Origin: Hydrurus foetidus
Taxonomy: Eukaryota
Reading direction: 5' to 3'
NCBI GenBank assembly: GCA_900617105.1
Contig: UYFQ01000036.1
Span: 1-34,526, forward strand
Length of the DNA stretch: 34,526 nt
The translations under genes were made by a program, and so were the position numbers. Of the stretch, positions 1 through 9,700 are shown in pieces. The notes under the pieces were generated by a model that saw only the letters and a program-made list of their open reading frames with translations, had not been told where the DNA came from and ran no database searches. The first letter of the stretch is position 1, and every line of letters starts with the position of its first letter.

Positions 1-157
1 TTTTCGGATGAGGAAATTTTGAATCGTTTGACAACAGATCAGGTGGAAAAATCCGAAATTTGATGCGAAAATTGACGGATTTTTATTTTACATTATTCGT
101 TAATATTTGCTCCAATTTAATCCAAATAGCCAAGTCGATAATTATAATACATTAACA

Positions 158-214
158 GGGCGGCGGAGTGTGGCCAGAGAGGACATGATTATTTTATCCC
201 ATACTCCGCCGCCC
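158..214. repeat. GC-rich inverted repeat (16-bp arms, 25-nt loop) upstream of the MULE transposase
   Basis: GGGCGGCGGAGTGTGG (158-173) is the reverse complement of CCATACTCCGCCGCCC (199-214) at 15/16 positions; the single mismatch is a G-T pair. Confidence 0.8.
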
Positions 215-1018
215 AGTCTGCCATATTCTGGTCCGATGCACTAATTCTCTCTAGTATTGTACTAGATTATCAACTTCGGGTACTAAATTGAATGGTTGGC
301 CAGCTATTTTAATTGTAACGGTTATCTTGAACTAAATACCAAAATTTTGCAACACTACGGTTTCTCTGCATTTTTCATTTTTTAGATTCTCCAGATTCGG
401 ATTCCATGAATTAATTTTTTCCAAAAAATCAAAAATTGAATTTTGAATTCCGAAGTCCATCCCTTTTGCAACGGTCGCATGAGTACCAAACTGCAACCCT
501 TTTGCAACTAAGAATTTCCAATTAGCAACCACTTACAGTAGGCAAGATGTCGAATGCCGTCAACTTTGCAAACGAGTCTGGCGATGATGCCCAAATTGTT
601 GATGAGGTTGAGCAACCTCCAAGAAAAACTCGTGGTTGTGGAATTATTTGGGATCTGATAACAGTGTATCCCAACCTGGAATCAGCTTTTGAGAGTCTGA
701 ACCTCGAAGGCAGTACCCCAAAACTGAAAGGTCGTCAAAACCGAGGAAAAACTAGCAGCTACTACTACAGCCGTGTGATGAAGTCATGTGGGTGCACAAA
801 ACAATGGAGGTTTTGCACTGCTCTAGACTCCTACGAAGTCACCGAAGAAGAAAGCGTTGGAGAGCATAGCCATCACGACGACATTCAAAGGAATGGTGGC
901 AGAGGTCTCTCCTTCGACCAAGTCCGAATTGTCGATGAAGTGCATGCTCTAAAGATCACAAAACCGTTGTTGATAATAGAAATTTTTATCAAGAAAGCGA
1001 AAGAATTGCACGAAGCAG

Positions 1019-1094
1019 GTGAATGTTTGTTTGAAATTTTAAGTCATAGAAAATGTAATGAGGGAAACGATTAACGATGTTATTCACGCCACAG
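1019..1094 (+). other. Spliceosomal intron 1 of MULE transposase (76 bp, phase 1)
   Basis: Donor CAG|GTGAAT and acceptor CACAG|AT; removal gives G+AT=Asp and fuses ORF 547 with the frame of ORF 1058. Confidence 0.75.
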
Positions 1095-1637
1095 ATCCGA
1101 CTCAAGTGCTGGTTGCAACACCCTTGAAAGCACAAGTTAGTAGCTATCTAGCTGCTAATAGGCGCAGGAAATATGGTGTTGTTGGTAACGTCACGTTAGA
1201 CTCACTACAGCGCTCTTCAGCGCTGTACAGAGATATACCTGATGATATCGATAAAGGATACATCTTAGATGCACTATTCACCACCAGTGCATCTGATATG
1301 GGATCATTTGTTATTGTATGTTCGACTGTACGAATGTCTCAGTTAGACATAGGAGATATTGTTCACTCTGATTGTACTTACAAATGTACTTGGAATAGCT
1401 ATCCGGTAACCCTCATGGGACTCGGACAAGAACCGCAAATTTCATCCCACAATAATCGCCATTTCATCTCGTGAGACTCACAGTGAGTTCACGTACATGT
1501 TGCAGACGTGGAAGAACGTTAATCCTTCCCTGCATTTTAGATACTTGATGGCGGATGCTTCCGAGGCGGTGTTCAATGCCGCTGTTACAATATGGCCTGG
1601 TATCATCAGGCTCATGTGCTACGCGCACGTCTACATG

Positions 1638-1753
1638 GTACGTGCTATACGGTCCGTACGTACGTGCTAATTAAGAATATGATGCATGAATTCGATTTTT
1701 CATTTTTTCATTTTTATTTTGGAAATAAATTCTATTTTATTTTTTCCCCGCAG
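1638..1753 (+). other. Spliceosomal intron 2 of MULE transposase (116 bp, phase 0)
   Basis: Donor ATG|GTACGT, long polypyrimidine tract, acceptor CCCCGCAG|AAT; joins CYAHVYM to NMEKSAK in frame. Confidence 0.8.
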
Positions 1754-2031
1754 AATATGGAAAAATCAGCAAAATCTATCAAGAGCCAAGAATTACGTTC
1801 CTCTTTCTTGGGTGACCTAAACAAGTTGTCTGAAGCCGGGTCAGAGGACTGCTTTGATAAGATCGTCATCTTATTCAAAGAAAAGTGGGGCGCTGAAGAA
1901 TCGGCTACAGTAGCACTTAAATATCTTGTGAATGAATGGTTGAATCAAAGACTTACAAGATTCTATCGTGGTGCAGCGGAGGTGTATGCAATGAACAATA
2001 ATGGCCTTGAGGGGACAAATAAGGGAATCAA

Positions 2032-2469
2032 CAACATATATGATCACACATTAATGCATATGGAAAGACAGTTTCAACTATATGATCACACATTATTGCA
2101 TATGGTAAGACAGTTTCAACATATATGATCACACATTAATGCATATGGTAAGACTGTTTCAACATGTATGATCACACATTAATGCATACGGTAAAAGATA
2201 GTTTTCAACATATATGATCACACATTAATGCATATGGTAAGACAGTTTCAACATATATGATCACACATTAATGCATACGGTAGACAGTTTCAACATATAT
2301 GATCACATTAATGCATATGGTAAGACAGTTTCAACATATATGATCACACATTAGTGCATACGGTAAGACAGTTTCAACATATATGATCACACATTAATGC
2401 ATATGGTAAGACAGTTTCAACATATATGATCACACATTAATGCATACGGTAAGACAGTTTCAACATATA
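2032..2469. repeat. 43-bp satellite, left block (about 10 slightly variant units)
   Basis: Tandem CAACATATATGATCACACATTAATGCATAYGGTAAGACAGTTT with substitutions and small indels; ends mid-unit (CAACATATA) at the Copia-1 LTR. Confidence 0.97.
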
Positions 2470-2985
2470 TGTCGGTATATAACAGCGATAAGTGCTAGTT
2501 ATAGCTGTATATTACCATTTGTATAATCAACAATTAGCATGATAGGATATCATAAGTAAACACATTTTGTAGATTGTTATTGGTGTGCAATGTGCACCAA
2601 GTCGCTTCCTCAATGCCAATTCGTATCACGTATATTGCCATTGTTACACCATAATAACCACAGCTGTATAGTATTTATCCGGTACTTGGTACCAAAAGTC
2701 TAGCTTTTAGTACATACGTCATTGTTACAGTTGAATAGTTACTATCTCGCCTATACAACAACGTAGATATAAACCTGCGAGAGCCAGTCAAAATGCATGC
2801 GCATGACGTCTGAGATCTTATTATTGTACGGCAGGTAGAAATGATGTGCAACATGATTTTATGCTTTGTGGCCTCCGTGCCAGTTTCTAATTCTTAAATC
2901 GAATTAACTAACCAAACCTTCCCATCTTCATTTGGCCATCCACGATATGTCCTCCCGACTTCGTGCCAACCCGTGGCAACTCACA
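2470..2985 (+). repeat. Copia-1 5' LTR (about 516 bp, TG...CA)
   Basis: 2470-2701 is identical to 10382-10613, and similarity continues in degraded form to ~10885. Ends ...ACTCACA directly before TGGTAGCG. The 3' boundary is less certain than the 5'. Confidence 0.85.
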
Positions 2986-2997
2986 TGGTAGCGATTG
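2986..2997 (+). promoter_or_regulatory. Candidate primer binding site (TGGTAGCGATTG), initiator-Met-like
   Basis: TGG immediately after the LTR-terminal CA; TGGTAGCG matches the start of the yeast Ty1 tRNA-iMet PBS (TGGTAGCGCC). The host tRNA is not available to confirm. Confidence 0.55.
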
Positions 2998-3049
2998 AAG
3001 TGTCATAGACTTCTCCGATAGTTTTATTGAGCCTCCGTCCAAGATAAAG

Positions 3050-3700
3050 ATGGCAAAAGGAAGGAAAGGCCCGGGGCCTTTCTCGTCAGAAGAAGACGAC
3101 GAGCCACCGCAGCCCAATCCTGAACCACTAATCCCTACTCTCCCTCTGACTCCTGCATTAGGAATTGAGGAGCCTCCCATCGGTGTTGTAATCGATGAGG
3201 AAAGCCCTCAATTCCGGGCAGCTTTAGATAGAAGAATCGCCGAACTCCAGTTGTTAAGAGATGAGAGCCCGATCATAGATAACCCGCTAGGGTTAATCGA
3301 CATCGCGCCAAGGGTGGATCTGCCGCTAGGCGATCAACCCTCGTCTAGGAACACTGAGAATAAAGCGATTCTTACAAACATCCGTCCGTCCAGTCCAGAA
3401 AGTCCGATGCCGTCCGATGACGATTCGTATAGTAGGAGTAGCAAAAATTCTAGTAGATTGAATCACGGGGGAAACCCTCGCAAAAATTTTTCGAGCGATT
3501 CCTCAATAACGAGAATAAAGGGTCGAAAGGACTCGAATAAGAACAACAATACTAAGATCGGATCAACGCCGAAACAATCAGAATTCTGGGATAAGGATAG
3601 TAGCAGTAGCGATGACGAACAGAAGAATGAATATTCAGAGAAAAACCATGCGAAAAGATGGTTAAAAGAATACATTACCAACGAAATTCAACAGTATTAA
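3050..3700 (+). CDS. gag: N-terminal Gag segment of Copia-1 (Pro/Ser/acidic low complexity); overlaps the main ORF, which is in the -1 frame
   Basis: First long ATG-initiated ORF after the PBS; 216 aa; overlaps the open frame of the long ORF at 3631-3700. Confidence 0.6.
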   Translation: MAKGRKGPGPFSSEEDDEPPQPNPEPLIPTLPLTPALGIEEPPIGVVIDEESPQFRAALDRRIAELQLLRDESPIIDNPLGLIDIAPRVDLPLGDQPSSRNTENKAILTNIRPSSPESPMPSDDDSYSRSSKNSSRLNHGGNPRKNFSSDSSITRIKGRKDSNKNNNTKIGSTPKQSEFWDKDSSSSDDEQKNEYSEKNHAKRWLKEYITNEIQQY

Positions 3701-6700
3701 TATCTGAAATTTCGAAATATATCATTGATATCAATACGCCAGACAAATTTCACCGTCTGCGTATGATACATTCGGTACTGTCAACAACGGGGTTGCTTAC
3801 CCTTATTGAAGGTCATCGTACCGAGCCAATAATGACAGAAGAAAATATTCATGGTTTCTCGAGTAGAAAAATTATATTAGTTCCGAGAGTTGAATATGAG
3901 GATGAAACGTCAATGCACTCGATATCATCGGAGCCAATTATTGAAAGAGTAGTTCTCGAAGAAGATGATGCATTCCATTATATTCATGATAATGATAGAT
4001 TATTTTCTCTAGTTTACATTATGTTTTCAAAAACTTTGCACCATAATATATCTATAATAAATCAAAAGTTACGAAATGGAATTGCATCTTATCAAGAAAT
4101 GATCAGCTATATATTCGGTCAAAAGCAACAGGACGTGAAATTCGCAAGAAGAGCGTTGGACACGTACCAAATAAATCCGAGTGTTCATTTTAGATTAGAA
4201 TACTCTAAATGGGAACAATTATTTTCTAATCTAGAACACGCACAAAGTAGAATGATGACTGACGTCGAGAAAATGGCTTGGGTATCAGATCGGTTAGATG
4301 CTGACCCAAGACCTAAGATCGCTTCATCATTTGCTGCTTGTGTCGTGAATAACACAAGTTATAATGAGTCGATGGGAATTATGTTGAGAGTCGCAGATGC
4401 AATGCCGCCTGAAACAGCGGTCATTCGCATGGCGAGTGTAACATCTTTTCCTGAAACATCAAGTAGCTCTGAATATTCTCTGTATCAAAATACAATTCAA
4501 AATCAGTCTCAAGCAAAATTAACTCAATATCAATCTTTGTCAAATCCGCCGCAAAATCCGGGTAAACAAACACAATATAATCCAGCTTATAATTATGATA
4601 TTAATAATAAAAATAAAATTCAAGATGCTAGATCCTTACCTGACAATACCGGGGAAAGCAAACGACCGGTTAAGAATGGTGGTTATTGTTTTGGATTTCA
4701 AAAAGGAACTTGTAATAGACCAACATGCAAATACAAGCATGAAATGAATCCAGACAATGAAAATAAAATCCAACAACCTCAACCAAATACAATTCCTTAT
4801 AAAAAGTCAGTACAATTTGACTTAAGTCAGGCACAAATTGACTCAGTGGGACCGAAGGTTGGTGATCCAAATGTACGGGGTGGATATTCAAAAGCGCAAA
4901 TTAAAAGATTAAATTGGATGCGATCTCAAGATACTGAAACTGAACATCAGGTGCGTGCATTCTCAAGTTGGGGTAACCCTTCTGCACCACCTTATCAGTC
5001 AAATGAAGAAAAGCACAATACCTTAATGCGAGTGCGAATAACACCAAATGATCAGAGAATAATAAAAACTGATAGGCAAAATCAAGAATATAAAAATAAA
5101 ATTTACAATGGAAAAATGAATCAAAATGAAATGAAAAGTCATCAAAGATCTCTACTCCAGAATGTACAAAATAATTATTCTGCATGCTCTATTCCTCAAA
5201 GGGCAATCAATGCCGCAATACTGTTAGCTGAACAATACTATTTGTTTCATTTATATGTAATGGAATATAATAGAAATGATCCTGCAACAACAATTGTTCC
5301 TTATATCTTTTTATTCAAAAACAAAAGAACAATCAAGGACAATCAAGAAAGATCTAATCAGTATACTGATCTCTTTGGGTGGCATAAAAATCCATCTACT
5401 ACTCGTAGAAAGGATATACGTACACCGACAGTAAAATGGATGCACCTGATGTATCAGATAGGAGCTACACTACTCCAAGCGTGTATAGTTCTTCCTCCTG
5501 CTGATGAAAAGGCCGGACCTCAACACTTTATGAAATTCAATCCATACTGTATTGACGGGGTGACGGAAAAATACATTCCCTCAACGAGACCAGGACACTA
5601 TTGGTCTCAAATGACTTGTGTTAGTGAATATGCGGAAGTAATAAAACGTCTTGATCAATATACACAATACAATGAAGTAATTAATAATACATTATTCATT
5701 GATACAGTTTTGCACGCAATCATATTCGATTTTGTCGCATTTGCGGGACAACATGTTGGATATTACCACGAGAAATCAAATCTAGATAAAGAAGACTTAT
5801 TAAGAAGATCACTAAAAATGGATATACTTAAAGAAAATGATCCATCGTTTGTTATGTTTGGAATCAGAGATGCATTCTTAGTAATAGCAAGATTAGTAAG
5901 ACCAATTAATGACTTGGTAAAAAGAACATTGTCATCAAAATTAACAAATGAATTGGATGAACTAATACATTCCCATCAAACATCAAAAGACGTGATAAAA
6001 AGACCAATGATAACAGTCTTATATGACAGAGCTCAATCCCCGATATTTGATGTAGATGTAGTAACAAGAACAACAGAAGAATTGTCTCCAATGTATATAC
6101 ATACATCAGATCAAAGTGATACTGAATCAAGTGATATGTCATATGATAGAGTTGATATTCCTGATAGTCCAATATCAATGGAATCTGTTAAATCACCTCC
6201 TTTTACTATTGAAACACCCAAATACATTGAATATGTTGGAGGTGTAAGAATTGTAGATTATGAGAAGCTTGGAAAATACAGACACATAAAAGGATATGAT
6301 GTGAATCAACCAGAACCAGAACCCGAATTAGATAGTAATATAAATGAAAGTGAAGAACATGTAGTATATAAAGATGCAATAACAGAATTTGAAAAAGATA
6401 TTAGTGATGATGATGATGAAAATGAGAATGAAAATGTGGAAGAAAGACAACTTAGATATAAAAATAAATTTGAAAGTTTAGTAAAAGAACATGATTCCAA
6501 AAGATTAAAGTTAAATGAATCTGGAGATAATGACAATGTGAACAAATCAAGTGAAAATGAAAGTCATGATATTCAACCAATAGAAAAACAATTGAAATCT
6601 CTAAGAATAAATCATAATATTAAATCAATAAAAATGCAAGGGCAAATAATATTCGACTCTGGTGCGTCAACATGTGCCACATCTGATCCTACACTACTCC

Positions 6701-9700
6701 GTCACATAATATATGGTCAGGGTATCAAAGCAACTCCAGCTTTCGGTCCCGCCATAGAATCAAAAGCGACAGGACTATATGGACCATTGGGTCTCGACAT
6801 TATACTTATGGAAGGGATGAAAGAAACATTAATTTCAATATCCCAACTATGTAATGGCGGAATATCTGGATCACAAAATGTTGTCATCTTTACATCGGAA
6901 GGAATGAGATGTTTTTCAATAGAATCTATTCGAGAAGCATTGGCACTAATAGATAAATTAGGAATTGAAATTATTCGTGGTTACATATCAAATGGTGTCT
7001 ATGTATATAATCAAAATGAAGAAAAAGTAATCAATAAAGTTGTTAGTAACAAAGACATAGTTAAAACAACACCTTTTCCTACTTGTAAAGAAACAATAAT
7101 AAAAACAAATATTCCAGCAAGTTTATATTTGACACAATTTAAACCCGTGTCCTTATATGACCACGTGCACATGGTGACAGGACATCCCGGAAATATTGGA
7201 ATGTTATGGCATCTAAAGAATTCTACAAATGCGAAATTTACTGAAGAGGATGCAAACAAACAACGCGGTCCATGCAAAGGTTGCGTATATGGCACCATGC
7301 ATCAAACTGGGACTGATCACAGAAGAGAACATAGAGATCTTCCTGTTAAACCAGGACAATGTTTCTCTCTGGATGCATACCAACACAATTGCTATTCCGC
7401 AAGAGGATATAAGCATTGTGATATTTATACGGATTTAGCAACGCGTCGTTGTTATCCGGTTTATACAAAAGATAGGTCAGCTCATGAATTATGTGCGCAG
7501 AGTTTAAAATTATTTAATCAACATCCTGAATGGCAATATGTCCATGATACTGATACTCGTCGGTTCATTCGACTTGACCCAGAAAGAAATTATAGATCAA
7601 ATGAATTCTCAGCATTTGTTAGTTCAAAAGGGTATCAACTTGAACGCACACCATCAAGAGACAAACATGCTGGTGGTGTAGCTGAAAGAGCTGTAGGAGT
7701 AATTGTAGCAAAAACAAATGTTGCAATGCTTAGCCCAGACAATCCAGTCCCTCAAATATATTGGGATTTGGCAATGACTTATGCTTGCGACACTGCATCG
7801 TACAATTTCTCAAAAGTAATAGGAACATCCCCATATATGAAAATAACGGGACAGCCCATTAATATAAAGTACTTACAACCTTTTTGGTCGTCATGCTATG
7901 TATTCATACCTCTAGCTGAACGTGTCAAATTAGGTGCAAGAAGAGCGTATAAAGCTAAGTTTTGTGGTTACTCAAATACATTCCTTCTTTTTCCTAACTA
8001 CTTCGTAATTCCATATGAAAATGGTAAATATGGACGAATCCGTGAAAGTAAAGATGTAATATTTGACCCAACAATAGACTTTAGTATATACACCAATGAT
8101 GAAGAACCGTACGATCGTGAATTCGTATACACAGATCATTATGTACCATTCTTACATCGAAAAACAGCACCCGATGAACTCCAAGGAGAATTGGCTCAAC
8201 CATATGTTGAACCAGCTGGAGAAACATTCGAACCTGATTTCCCAGAAAGAGCAGATGTCCTAGCAGAACAAAATAGAAATGAACCTATTCCTTTTGAGGA
8301 CACAAATGAAAACAATATAAATATAGTCAATATGCCGTATACAGATGAAAATAATGATCCTGTATATTGGTATAATATGAATGTAAGAAATGAAGAATAC
8401 GCTCTAAGTATGTGTGAGACACAACACTACTCAAAGTTAGGTGTACCAATCGATCCTCGTGTACCCAAATGCTTCAAACAAGCAGTACATATACCAGCTT
8501 GGAAAGCTGCAATAGATAAGGAATGTGAAAAATTTGACAAGAATGATTGTTTCACAGTTGTGCCATACAATGGTCAACAACTCGTCTCAATGATGTGGCT
8601 ATTCAACATCAAAACTGATGGCACACTGAAAGCGCGCCTTGTAGCACGGGGTGATTTAATGAAGCCATACGTCCACTACCATCCAAATGATGTGTATTGT
8701 GGCAATGTATCAGCAACATCAATCAAAATTGCCGTAGCTATTGCTGCTGCATATAAATGCACAATGCGGGGTGGAGATTTGGAAGGTGCTTATTTAGTTA
8801 CAAGAGCAAATGAAGCGTATCCAATATTCATTAAGACTCCAGAAGGATACAATATTCCTGAAGGAATGTGCATCCAATCATTAGGAAATGTATACGGGAA
8901 TCCCAATTCAGGAAGAAATTTCAGTATTAAGTTAGACATGTGTGTCAAAGAATGTGGATACAAGAATACTCCATGGGATCCAAAACTATTTCACAAATGG
9001 AAAGAAGAAAGAATAATAATTCTAATAGTACATAGCGATGACTTTCGCTGGTTTGGAGACAAGAAAGATTTAAATGAGTGGGATGCTTTACTAAAGAATT
9101 TTAATAAACACAAATATAAAGTGACAGACTGTTCAGATAAAGAATTTGTTGGAATCCGTATTACGTGTGATGAGAACTTTAATTATTTTATGGATCAAAC
9201 AAGAATGGTTGAAGAAATTATAGACGGTATTGGAATGAAAAACGCGAAAGATGAATCATTACCATATCCGCTAGACAAAACTAGTCTATCCAAATTAGAC
9301 AATGCATCTCCTGCACAATTATCTGAGTGTAGCAAATTTCCATATCGTAGAGTTGTCGGTCAGTTAATGTATGGTATGGTACATACATTAGTGTCAATAA
9401 TGTACGCACTAAATGTATTGTCCCGATACGGTAACAATCCTGGACCACGACATATAGAATTTGCTAAACATTTACTAAGATATGTTAAAATGTCAAAATC
9501 AGATAGATTAAAGTTTAAGACTCATGATGGTCCAAAAGACATCAAGACAATGACTGAGTTTCTTCAGTTGAGATTTCAATGCGATGCTGACTTAGCAGGC
9601 AATCTTGATAACCTACATTCGCAGACATCATATCTCGGATATTTAGGTCCATCATTAATATGCTGGTGCTCAACAGATCAGGGCAGCATATCAACGTCAA

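Larger units (their letters stand above)
547..2030 (+). pseudogene. Mutator/MULE-family DDE transposase; 3 exons (547-1018, 1095-1637, 1754-~2030), one frameshift at ~1421, 3' truncated by satellite
   Basis: N-terminal Cys/His-rich segment (SCGC...HSHH). MULE first-D motif HSDCTYKCTWNSYP. After a +1 shift at ~1421 the frame reads SDKNRKFHP...YLMADASEAVFNAA (second D) and RLMCYAH (CxxH). Exon 3 reads ...NEWL...NNNGLEGTN (catalytic E). Splicing joins the ORF-track fragments in frame. No downstream SWIM finger or stop before the satellite begins. Confidence 0.85.

Noticed and set aside
1592..2128. 178-aa ORF as a standalone gene
   Set aside because: Composite of an off-frame exon end, intron 2, MULE exon 3 and satellite read-through.
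2955..2960. Alternative 5' LTR end at CCGACT (near-inverse of TGTCGG)
   Set aside because: Does not end in CA, is not followed by TGG, and traces of LTR sequence (GTGG) persist further in the 3' copy. 2985 is preferred, though not proven.
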